A stretch of DNA of 64,000 nucleotides, taken from a virus. The number at the start of each line of letters is the position of its first letter. Position 1 is the first letter of the stretch. Position numbers and translations under genes: made by a program. Shown in pieces: positions 43,246-50,767 of this stretch. The notes beneath the pieces are model-generated. The model was given only the letters and a program-made list of their open reading frames with translations. It had not been told where the DNA came from and did no database searches. The stretch spans positions 1-64,000 of IMG/VR virus record IMGVR_UViG_3300033997_000074, one strand, 5' to 3'.

Positions 43246-43422
43246 TCACATTCCTAATTCAATTTCAGCTTGTTTTAGAAGGCTTCCCAATGAAGCTGAC
43301 CATAGCATAGGCTCTTTCTTATCAGCCGTCAAGCTAAAGATTGTCCAGAGCCTATCAATCTTTTCTAGGGAAAACCCTGCTTCAATAAGCATATTGTATA
43401 GCTTAGATGAATATGTGTTCAT
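43246..43422 (-). CDS. Hypothetical 58-aa protein
   Basis: Manual translation: MNTYSSKLYNMLIEAGFSLEKIDRLWTIFSLTADKKEPMLWSASLGSLLKQAEIELGM. Confidence 0.4.
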   Translation of the reverse strand: MNTYSSKLYNMLIEAGFSLEKIDRLWTIFSLTADKKEPMLWSASLGSLLKQAEIELGM

Positions 43423-43431
43423 TTAAAGTCG

Positions 43432-43767
43432 TTACTCGTTGAATGCTTTCCACATATTCAACACTTTCTGCTCTAGGTTGTCAAGCTTCACTTCTAACTC
43501 TTCCGGCTTTACACTGTAAATCTTGATCTCACACCATTCTCCGTCCTTGTTTTCACCACAAATGTAAATCTCACAAGATTTATGCTCGTGGTCCTGAATC
43601 GCAAACTCGTGTTGACGGATGTTAATGTGAAGCTTTTCATTGCACTGACACAAAGGAGCATCAAACCCTTCGTCTAGATCAACCCTACGCTGCCAGTGTT
43701 TTGTGTTACTGACACTATCAACGTCAGTTTTCCAGCATTTATAGCCTTTGTCTTCTAGAATTTTCAT
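43432..43767 (-). CDS. Hypothetical 111-aa protein
   Basis: ORF track. Confidence 0.5.
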   Translation of the reverse strand: MKILEDKGYKCWKTDVDSVSNTKHWQRRVDLDEGFDAPLCQCNEKLHINIRQHEFAIQDHEHKSCEIYICGENKDGEWCEIKIYSVKPEELEVKLDNLEQKVLNMWKAFNE

Positions 43768-43777
43768 CTTTAATTCC

Positions 43778-44308
43778 TCACGTTCTTGCGGAATTGCTTT
43801 GATTTGTCCCTATTTTACACAGAATCCTTGTGGATGAAAGGTCTCTTTCTATCAATAGTTCAGCAATTTCTTCTGTGAGCCACACCTCCTTACGTTGTAA
43901 GTATTCAAGTTCACTTTTTACGTCTGCGAGTTCCCGTTCTTTCTTTGTGAGAATGGCTTTCTTACTTTTACATACGCCCTTATCTACAGCAAAATGCGGG
44001 TAACAGCGGTGCTGGTGGCTCAAATCGTATACTTTGTCGTACTCGTCTGCATCTGATTTGTGAATAAATTCAACATCGTCAAGATTGCAAACAAACTCAA
44101 GGTCAATTTTTTCTTCGTCTAGAATTGTTGCATTGGATGATAGGTATTGACCAGAAAGACCAGACCAATATGTATCTACAAGACCAACACCCTCCCAGTA
44201 TACACACTGATTGTCTAAACACCAGTATGCCGTGCCAGAGCCAGCATGTTTTGCTCGGTATTCAGTATCATTCTTAAAATACCACCGGAACACATCACCA
44301 TTTTTCAT
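43778..44308 (-). CDS. Hypothetical 176-aa protein
   Basis: ORF track. Confidence 0.5.
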   Translation of the reverse strand: MKNGDVFRWYFKNDTEYRAKHAGSGTAYWCLDNQCVYWEGVGLVDTYWSGLSGQYLSSNATILDEEKIDLEFVCNLDDVEFIHKSDADEYDKVYDLSHQHRCYPHFAVDKGVCKSKKAILTKKERELADVKSELEYLQRKEVWLTEEIAELLIERDLSSTRILCKIGTNQSNSART

Positions 44309-44430
44309 TTCTTAGCCTCCAGAGTTTGAATACGTTCAGAGAGCTGTGCAATCTTCTCGTCTTGTTTCATGTTAACTGCACTAGCAAAAAGAAGAGAAAT
44401 TCCTAGTAAGATAGTAGTCATTGTATTCAT
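44305..44430 (-). CDS. 41-aa membrane peptide
   Basis: Manual translation: MNTMTTILLGISLLFASAVNMKQDEKIAQLSERIQTLEAKK. ATGA overlap with the next gene. Confidence 0.4.
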   Translation of the reverse strand: MNTMTTILLGISLLFASAVNMKQDEKIAQLSERIQTLEAKK

Positions 44431-44633
44431 TTAGTCAACACCTCAATCAGTCGATCCTTGTTCTCGATAATCCCTTTTACAATGTCGTCCTCATCCAAAT
44501 CCCGATAATAGAACGAATGCACAATACTTTCAACAGCTTTTTCAAACTGAATTTCGTTTTCGTATTCCTCAGCCTCTTCTTTTGTATCAAACAAATGTCC
44601 ATAAGAGTGCCACATCGTCACTTGCTCAACCAT
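44427..44633 (-). CDS. Hypothetical 68-aa protein
   Basis: ORF track; GGAGGAATAGAAA ATG. Confidence 0.5.
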   Translation of the reverse strand: MVEQVTMWHSYGHLFDTKEEAEEYENEIQFEKAVESIVHSFYYRDLDEDDIVKGIIENKDRLIEVLTK

Positions 44634-44668
44634 TTTCTATTCCTCCAAAAGTATCAGTTGTTTGGCAT

Positions 44669-44698
44669 ACTTTACAATGCGTTTTGTGTCATCGTCAA
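44669..44698 (-). promoter_or_regulatory. Candidate promoter
   Basis: TTGACG-18 nt-TAAAGT. Confidence 0.35.
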
Positions 44699-44814
44699 CA
44701 CCTATTTCTTACTAATTTTACAGAATTGGTTGTCACCAACCTCCTCTTTCCAAGCTTTCCTCATTGCATCATACAGCACCTGCTCAGCACTTGCACGACA
44801 GATGTAGCTGTCAG

Positions 44815-45423
44815 TTAGTGCAACCCGTCTAGTTCGTCTTCTACACCACACCTAAAGTCATATAATCCCTCAGGGTGTGCATAATGTGAAAACATTTGTG
44901 CGCTGAATTCATATGAGGCTATATCATCGGTTTTATCTATAGTGATTACTCTTGTACCTGTGGGCAATTCTATAACATAGAGTGCTAAACCTGCTTGTAT
45001 TAATGTCTCAAGAAGGTTTGCCTCTGTTTCTGTGTTAGGGAAGACGTCCTCTATTTTCTGCCTATAGGCCTTCTTCTCTCGTTCTTCTATTGACCAGTTA
45101 CTTCCTATTAATTTTATGTCTCTAATGGTCCTTAGATTTGGCTTTATGATGGGGTTGTGTTTGATGACCCTATTATACAAATTATCAATGTCATTTCTTA
45201 TCATATCTGCTTCAAGGGTTTTTGCATCTTCCTCAGAGAGGCCCTTTTTAACAATCTCCACATCCATAACCTTGCCAGCAAAGAAATCTCGGTTTAACTC
45301 TGGACAAGAACTAACGCCCGATGTGCAGTGCTTGTACCGGTCTTTCTTACCCATTCCAATGTACTTTACCACCCCATCTACCTTGCAAACATATACATAA
45401 TATACACCAGATGTCTTCGGCAT
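44815..45423 (-). CDS. GIY-YIG homing endonuclease
   Basis: SGVYYVYVCKVDGVVKYIGMGKKDRYKHC...LEADMI...LYN. Confidence 0.8.
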   Translation of the reverse strand: MPKTSGVYYVYVCKVDGVVKYIGMGKKDRYKHCTSGVSSCPELNRDFFAGKVMDVEIVKKGLSEEDAKTLEADMIRNDIDNLYNRVIKHNPIIKPNLRTIRDIKLIGSNWSIEEREKKAYRQKIEDVFPNTETEANLLETLIQAGLALYVIELPTGTRVITIDKTDDIASYEFSAQMFSHYAHPEGLYDFRCGVEDELDGLH

Positions 45424-45999
45424 TTTAAATCCCCCTTTAAATTTTAGATAAACCTACCCTCTCTCATTCCCTGCAACTACCCAGCAGGCACCAACGCGCC
45501 CACCTGAATACACTCAGTATTCTAAGGATAATCACATCTGCTCAGTAAAGCAGAAGGAGAACAAGATTCTATCTCTCAAGGCACACAGCATTGCCTTAAC
45601 CACCTTCCCCGTAGGTGGCATTCCCTTGGTGACTTAACCCTCACCACTATAAGACGCTACGACTGTCGCAGGTATTCACGTCAAACAGGCAGAAAACAAA
45701 TTTCTTTCTTTTCTTACGGGCCTTCTCTTCCGAGATTCCATTATGCAGGTCACTGGTTGACAGAGGTCGTCATTGCCAGCACTAACTTTTCAGTATCCGT
45801 CATTTGTCTCACCAATTGCTTCCGTGCAATCTCAACAAATCGGTTTGTGTCAGGTTTTGCTTTTGGTCGCTGAACCGAGGGAACCATGCCGAAACGCCTC
45901 TTTGAATCTATGTTGGTAATAGTACCACCGAATTTCTACTCTGCAACTATCTTTACACAATCTTTACATTTCTCTCAGTCCCATACCTTTTCTTCCCTA
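45424..45999 (-). ncRNA. Candidate long structured leader/ncRNA upstream of the GIY-YIG gene
   Basis: No credible ORF on either strand, with stops in all minus-strand frames. Purine-rich on the minus strand. Many local hairpins, e.g. CCACC-TACGGGGAA-GGTGG, AAGGCA-ATGCTGTG-TGCCTT, CCTGC-TGGGTAGT-TGCAGG. A promoter-like site lies at 46006-46034. Confidence 0.35.
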
Positions 46000-46005
46000 C
46001 CCCTA

Positions 46006-46034
46006 ATTCTCCGCCTTCCTCTCCTAAATGTCAA
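46006..46034 (-). promoter_or_regulatory. Candidate promoter driving the long leader
   Basis: TTGACA-17 nt-GAGAAT on the minus strand. Confidence 0.4.
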
Positions 46035-46165
46035 CACACCATCCCCTACAATTTCTTCTATCATGCTCTGCATCCTCGATAGAAATTTACAATTATGCTT
46101 TCTGAGATGTTGATGTAAAATATGCCCATCGACAACAGAAAGCCGAAGAGGCTAGGAGAGAAGAT

Positions 46166-46762
46166 ATGAAGGATTTTGAAGCAGAAATTAAGCACCTACA
46201 AGATAGCATTTCGCCACTGATTGCTGAGCGGGATAAACTTAATAGGAAAATAATGTCTATTAACGATAAAATCAAGAAGGTTAGACAAGAGCAGGAAACC
46301 TGTCAAATGGCTTCGGGAATGACAAAAGAAGAGAAGATTGAGTATTTTCTTTTTGAAGATGGTTTGGTAGACGGCGAGCGGTATAAAGCACGTCAAAAGT
46401 TTTGGAGTTCTATGAGGCTTCGCCAGTCGGGTTATTTCCCAGAAACGGAACAAATCCAACTTGAGCTTATGCTATACAAAGGTATCGGTGATAATTTAGA
46501 ACAGACCGTTACTGCTCTGGAAGAGGTATTACCTTTCATAAAGCCGCTCAAGGGAGTGAAGCACCTTAAGATTTTTGAACACACCTTGTCAGAATATGGT
46601 AGCTACAGGGTTGAGATTTCTGAAACCTCCTTTGATGTGGTTGTATGGACCTACGGTCGTAAGAGCACCGTAAAATCTTTTGACAATCTTCGTTCTATGG
46701 TTCAGTATGTCCAACAACACCACTACTACGAAAGCTCGGTAGACGAGGATAACGAAGAATGA
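46166..46762 (+). CDS. Hypothetical 198-aa protein (N-terminal coiled coil)
   Basis: ORF track; SD AGGAGAGAAG upstream. Confidence 0.55.
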   Translation: MKDFEAEIKHLQDSISPLIAERDKLNRKIMSINDKIKKVRQEQETCQMASGMTKEEKIEYFLFEDGLVDGERYKARQKFWSSMRLRQSGYFPETEQIQLELMLYKGIGDNLEQTVTALEEVLPFIKPLKGVKHLKIFEHTLSEYGSYRVEISETSFDVVVWTYGRKSTVKSFDNLRSMVQYVQQHHYYESSVDEDNEE

Positions 46763-46887
46763 AACAACGTAACATTGTCAAGAAACACACATTCTCCTTC
46801 AACAAGCCTAAAATTAAGCTTGACAAGAAGAAGGAAAGTCGTAAGAATGGATACACAGAGCAAGAAGCTCGTTATCAACTAATGTAG
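46759..46887 (+). CDS. Small basic 42-aa protein
   Basis: Manual translation: MKQRNIVKKHTFSFNKPKIKLDKKKESRKNGYTEQEARYQLM. ATGA overlap. Confidence 0.35.
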   Translation: MKQRNIVKKHTFSFNKPKIKLDKKKESRKNGYTEQEARYQLM

Positions 46888-46898
46888 GAGGAAGAAGA

Positions 46899-47456
46899 AT
46901 GACTAAGTTTAAGATTGGGGATGAGGTGGAGTTGGTGGTAGTATCCTACGAACCATCCGTCCCAAAAGGCTCTATCCTAAATGTTGTAAAAGACGGCTCC
47001 CTTGGAGCTTACTGGATCACTAAGGATAGCGTCGAGGTTTCAGCGCTCAACGACTACTCAGAGGAGTTTAAGCTTGTGAAAGATACCCCAAAAGCTCAAG
47101 ACAATTCGTGGTATGAAAATGGTGAGCTTCCTCCTGTCGGAGCTAACATCGAATATAAGCTTGGAGCTGGCCCTTGGTATGCAGCTACGGTGAAATACGT
47201 GCTGGACGTTCTCGATGGTGATGAGGGTGAGATTGTTATCGCTTGTCCACATCTAGGATTTGAACAGCTTTTGACGTTGAATAAGCATACAAAGATTCGT
47301 CCAATCCAAACACCTGAGCAGATTGCAGCACAAGAGCGAAAGAAGGTTATTGATGCTATCTCGGACGTGTTGATTGAAACCGAACGTATGTCTAGTTATA
47401 CTGATGTGGCTGCACACCTTTATGAATCAGGTCTTCGTTTTGCAGAGGAGGAATGA
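46899..47456 (+). CDS. Hypothetical 185-aa protein
   Basis: ORF track; SD AGGAGGAAG upstream. Confidence 0.55.
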   Translation: MTKFKIGDEVELVVVSYEPSVPKGSILNVVKDGSLGAYWITKDSVEVSALNDYSEEFKLVKDTPKAQDNSWYENGELPPVGANIEYKLGAGPWYAATVKYVLDVLDGDEGEIVIACPHLGFEQLLTLNKHTKIRPIQTPEQIAAQERKKVIDAISDVLIETERMSSYTDVAAHLYESGLRFAEEE

Positions 47457-47457
47457 A

Positions 47458-47706
47458 ATGCTAACAGAGCGCCAGCAACGTATGATTGCCAAGTGTAAAT
47501 CAACAGGCTACGGCTGGGCAAAATACGCTAAGTCTGTTGAAGATCAAGGGTGGTGTTCTAAGGCTCAAGAGGAGAAATTGGTGGAAATGTGGCAGAAAAT
47601 ACAACACGCCGAGTGTGTGAAAGCTGGAAACATTAAACCTGATTTCGGATGTTATGACTCAGACATTTCTGATAATGAAGCATATCGCTCTTACGACTAT
47701 TTCTAA
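47458..47706 (+). CDS. Hypothetical 82-aa protein
   Basis: Trimmed to MLTERQQRMIAK. Confidence 0.45.
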   Translation: MLTERQQRMIAKCKSTGYGWAKYAKSVEDQGWCSKAQEEKLVEMWQKIQHAECVKAGNIKPDFGCYDSDISDNEAYRSYDYF

Positions 47707-47718
47707 GGAGCTTTCAAA

Positions 47719-47901
47719 ATGAATGACGATATGTCCCTATGGCTCCCTGTAGCAGAGCATCTGAAGAATATTTCTTTGTCTGGCCTGTATACATTCAAAG
47801 ATATTATTGAAGCGGAAATTGCTATTAGGCAGGAAAGCTTTTATAATGAAGATGATTCTACTGAAAAGAAGGCAGCTATTAAATTGGAGGTGGTGAAGTG
47901 A
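47719..47901 (+). CDS. Hypothetical 60-aa protein
   Basis: ORF track. Confidence 0.45.
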   Translation: MNDDMSLWLPVAEHLKNISLSGLYTFKDIIEAEIAIRQESFYNEDDSTEKKAAIKLEVVK

Positions 47902-48296
47902 ACACAAAAGAAAAGATTCTACAAGACGCCCTTGAGGAGCTTAAGCAAAAAGCTGGTAATGTGCTTGAAGACATTATGTCAAACCTCTACACTGATTATC
48001 TTCCGCATATAGAGACTGACACGGAATGCAATATTTCCTATCGTGTTGCTGGCTGCATTGAGAACATCTTGCAAGGGAAAATTACGCGAGTGAGTGAGCA
48101 ATCGTTCCATGTAAATGATACATATGGTGTGGAGCATCTGGTGAGTGTACGGGGCTGGCGGATGGATATGAAGCAACTGGCTGTTGCTCTGCTTCCTAGC
48201 ATGGGAGAGACAATCCTTAAGGAACGAATCAAAGAGCTTGAGGAGCAGAATCAACGTCTTGTAGAAGAGATAAAGCAAGTATATCGTTCCTATTAA
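47898..48296 (+). CDS. Hypothetical 132-aa protein
   Basis: ORF track. Confidence 0.5.
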   Translation: MNTKEKILQDALEELKQKAGNVLEDIMSNLYTDYLPHIETDTECNISYRVAGCIENILQGKITRVSEQSFHVNDTYGVEHLVSVRGWRMDMKQLAVALLPSMGETILKERIKELEEQNQRLVEEIKQVYRSY

Positions 48297-48308
48297 GGAG
48301 AACAAATA

Positions 48309-48500
48309 ATGCAACAGACATTCCATAAATCAAAATCCTCTCTTATTCGTGAGATTGATATGTATTTGAAGAGCGGAGGAACACAGATTGCTGTGTGTAT
48401 TTCAGAGGATGAGAAAGGAGCTACAGGCTATTTGTTTTCTCGTCCATTTGTTGTTAAGATGGTGGAACAAATTGATCTAGAGGATGAAGGCTATGTTTGA
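48309..48500 (+). CDS. Hypothetical 63-aa protein
   Basis: ORF track. Confidence 0.45.
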   Translation: MQQTFHKSKSSLIREIDMYLKSGGTQIAVCISEDEKGATGYLFSRPFVVKMVEQIDLEDEGYV

Positions 48501-48693
48501 AGCCTTCTTGATTACGTTGATTGTTGTTGGCTATTTTGTGGTGTTCTTTTTCTTGCTGTCGCAATCACTGTATGACAACAAAATTGCAATGGTTGGCTTT
48601 GTGTTCTGGTGTGCAATGGGTGTATTCTTCCTGCTCTATGCTGGAATGGAAGATTCTAAACAGGGTCCATGCATTGAATGGCAAACACATTAA
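48484..48693 (+). CDS. Two-TM membrane protein
   Basis: ORF track; FLITLIVVGYFVVFFFLL and MVGFVFWCAMGVFFLLYAG. Confidence 0.5.
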   Translation: MKAMFEAFLITLIVVGYFVVFFFLLSQSLYDNKIAMVGFVFWCAMGVFFLLYAGMEDSKQGPCIEWQTH

Positions 48694-48725
48694 CAGAGAA
48701 AGCCGTGTAGGCTAGGAGACAACGT

Positions 48726-49787
48726 ATGAAACACATCAAGACCTTGAAAGTCCGTGTCCGAGACAAGCATCAACCGCTGCTGAACCAAATGGCGCGTTCA
48801 GTCAACTTTGTCTGGAACTACGTGAACGAACTTAGTCACCGCTCTATTAAAGAGCGTGGTGTGTTTTTGTCTGCCTACGATATGCATCCCTACACAAAAG
48901 GGGCTCACAAAGAGCTGGGACTGCACAGTCACACGGTTCAGAAAGTGTGTGCTGAGTACGCCACCCGTCGTAAGCAGTTCAAGAAGGCGCGGCTAAACTG
49001 GCGTAAAACCGGAGGTGCTCGCCGCTCGTTAGGATGGGTTCCAATCAATACCGGCATGGCGAAGTGGAAAAACGGGCAGGTGTACTACAACGGACACTAC
49101 TTCAAGGTCTGGGACAGCTACGGGCTTTCCAACTACAAGTTTCGCTCCGCGTCGTTTAATGAGGACGCCCGTGGTCGCTGGTATTTCAATGTCGCGGTAG
49201 AAGTTGAGGCGGACATGCCAGTCGGTCAAGACAAGATCGGTATCGACCTTGGTCTGAAAGATACCGCCACCTGCTCTGACGGAACCAAGCTAGAGGCTGG
49301 TCGGTTCTACCGCGATATGGAATCGAATCTGGCTGTTGCACAACGCGCAAGAAAGAAAAAACGTGTCAGAAACATTCACGCCAAGATAGCTAATCGTCGA
49401 AAAGACGCATTGCACAAGTTCAGCCGTCAACTGGTAAACCGTGCGGGTGAAATCTATGTTGGTAATGTTAGTAGTAGCAAACTCGTTAAAACCAAGATGG
49501 CCAAGTCAGTGTTGGACGCTGGCTGGGCTATGCTGAAAACAATGCTGGAATACAAATGCGATAGCGCAGGCATTGTTTTTAAGGAAGTTAACGAGGCATA
49601 CACCACCCAGACCTGCTCGTGCTGCGGTTGTATTTCCGGCAGCAGCCCAAAGGGTAGAACAGGTTTGCGAATAAGAGAGTGGACTTGCAGTGAGTGTGGT
49701 GTCACTCACGACCGTGATGTAAACGCGGCCAAGAACATTCTTGCGGTCGGGCATGGCCGTCCTGTAGAGGGAATCCCCGTCCTTTAG
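48726..49787 (+). CDS. tnpB: TnpB (IS605 OrfB-family RuvC-like nuclease), catalytic residues apparently intact
   Basis: GIDLGLKD (Asp), VNEAYTTQTCSCCG (Glu plus CxxC), CSECGVTHDRDVNAAKNI (CxxC plus Asp). 353 aa. Confidence 0.85.
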   Translation: MKHIKTLKVRVRDKHQPLLNQMARSVNFVWNYVNELSHRSIKERGVFLSAYDMHPYTKGAHKELGLHSHTVQKVCAEYATRRKQFKKARLNWRKTGGARRSLGWVPINTGMAKWKNGQVYYNGHYFKVWDSYGLSNYKFRSASFNEDARGRWYFNVAVEVEADMPVGQDKIGIDLGLKDTATCSDGTKLEAGRFYRDMESNLAVAQRARKKKRVRNIHAKIANRRKDALHKFSRQLVNRAGEIYVGNVSSSKLVKTKMAKSVLDAGWAMLKTMLEYKCDSAGIVFKEVNEAYTTQTCSCCGCISGSSPKGRTGLRIREWTCSECGVTHDRDVNAAKNILAVGHGRPVEGIPVL

Positions 49788-49803
49788 GGCGTGGAGGATG
49801 TCA
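49650..49803 (+). ncRNA. Candidate omega/reRNA scaffold overlapping the tnpB 3' end
   Basis: Inferred by analogy with characterised TnpB systems, plus the terminal hairpin across the stop codon. The extent has not been determined. Confidence 0.3.
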
Positions 49804-49804
49804 T

Positions 49805-49951
49805 ATGAGCGATTTCCTTGAACACATCTTTCAGGGGATGATTTCTGAAGCTGAGGCTGAGAGGATTGCTGAGAAGGCTAATCAAGAAGGGTATGATGTG
49901 GGGTATCAGGAGGGTTATTATCAAGCGCAAGTTGATGAAGTTGAATATTGA
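49805..49951 (+). CDS. Small 48-aa protein directly flanking the TnpB element
   Basis: Manual translation: GGAGGATGTCAT ATG, MSDFLEHIFQGMISEAEAERIAEKANQEGYDVGYQEGYYQAQVDEVEY. Confidence 0.4.
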   Translation: MSDFLEHIFQGMISEAEAERIAEKANQEGYDVGYQEGYYQAQVDEVEY

Positions 49952-49966
49952 TATGGGGAGAGGGTT

Positions 49967-50116
49967 GTGAATCGTGAAACAAGCTTCACTGTCACCCGCT
50001 ACGGCGTAGAGGTTGACCTGTCTGAAGAGGGGAAGACAGGTTGTCCTCGTTGCCAAAAGAAACACGGTCGTGACAAGAACAATGACAACCTAATGGTTAG
50101 GAGGGGTGATGGTTAG
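49967..50116 (+). pseudogene. Diverged duplicate of the primase N-terminal zinc-finger segment (49 codons, GTG start)
   Basis: VNRETSFTVTRYGVEVDLSEEGKTGCPRCQKKHGRDKNNDNLMV compares with the primase MVFKITRYSQEIDLSYEHKTRCPRCASKRGDNSGNNLHCY. It ends where the endonuclease ORF begins. Confidence 0.6.
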
Positions 50117-50759
50117 ATTAGTTCAAGGTTGGGGCATAAACGATGAAGGGAGTTCTAGTATTCGCTTGTCAGACGGTTCAGTAATTAAGTGTCCTTTGTA
50201 TAGGTCTTGGTCTAGGATGCTAGAGCGTTGCTTTAGTCGAAACTGGAAAGAACGATACAAAACTTATGAGGAATCTTTGTGTTGCGAAGATTGGCGTTAC
50301 TTCTCTTCCTTTAAACTGTGGGCACAAGCTCAGCCGTGGCAAGGAAATGATCTTGACAAAGATTTGCTCGTGTTTGGAAACAAAGAGTACTCTCCAGAAA
50401 CTTGTATCTTTATTCCGCCAATGATAAATAAAGCTCTTCGAGTTGTTCGGACGGGAAAGAATTTACCGGGAGTATCTTTCCAATCAAAAAGCTGGTCTAT
50501 GGTTAACGGTCTGAAGAAGCCTTGGATGGCTAAGTGCTACTCCCTCAGAGATGGGAATACTGGAACGTACCTCGGGAACTACTCAACGGAAAAGGAAGCA
50601 CATAATGCTTGGCGTTCTGCTAAGGCAGAGGCTCTGAGGGAGTGGGCTGAACTCTGGAAATATGAACCTTCAATGGTTGGCAGCTTCAGTGAAAAAGCTT
50701 ATAATGCGCTTATCCAAAGGGCATCTCTGTTTGATGATTACAGTGTTGACTTGGTTTAG
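50106..50759 (+). CDS. HNH/AP2-like homing endonuclease (subfamily shared with 40761 and 57945)
   Basis: YRSWSRMLERCF...CCEDWRYFSSFKLW...DLDKDLLVFGNKEYSPETCIFIPPMIN, and AP2-like GVSFQSKSW...YLGNYSTEKEAHNAWRSAK. Confidence 0.7.
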   Translation: MMVRLVQGWGINDEGSSSIRLSDGSVIKCPLYRSWSRMLERCFSRNWKERYKTYEESLCCEDWRYFSSFKLWAQAQPWQGNDLDKDLLVFGNKEYSPETCIFIPPMINKALRVVRTGKNLPGVSFQSKSWSMVNGLKKPWMAKCYSLRDGNTGTYLGNYSTEKEAHNAWRSAKAEALREWAELWKYEPSMVGSFSEKAYNALIQRASLFDDYSVDLV

Positions 50760-50767
50760 GGGGTAGC

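Larger units (their letters stand above)
48694..49803 (+). mobile_element. Solo TnpB element (IS200/IS605-type, no TnpA); the ends are approximate
   Basis: The GC-richer block starts just after the stop at 48693. A small LE-like hairpin AGCC-GTGTA-GGCT lies at 48703-48715. An RE-like hairpin CCCCGTCC-TTTA-GGGCGTGG spans the tnpB stop at 49775-49794. Confidence 0.6.

Noticed and set aside
45886-46113. 75-aa plus-strand ORF in the long non-coding region
   Set aside because: It is a low-complexity Pro/Ser/Leu translation of a pyrimidine-rich strand. It has no SD and overlaps the predicted minus-strand promoter.
32335-46165. tRNA genes in the two large ORF-free regions
   Set aside because: I could find no T-loop-like GGTTCGAAT-type sequence and no cloverleaf-compatible acceptor/T-arm pairing by eye. 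tRNAscan-SE should confirm this.
49784-50065. 93-aa minus-strand ORF next to tnpB
   Set aside because: It is antisense to a well-initiated 48-aa plus-strand ORF and to the primase-like fragment. Its composition is low-complexity Leu/Ile/Pro.
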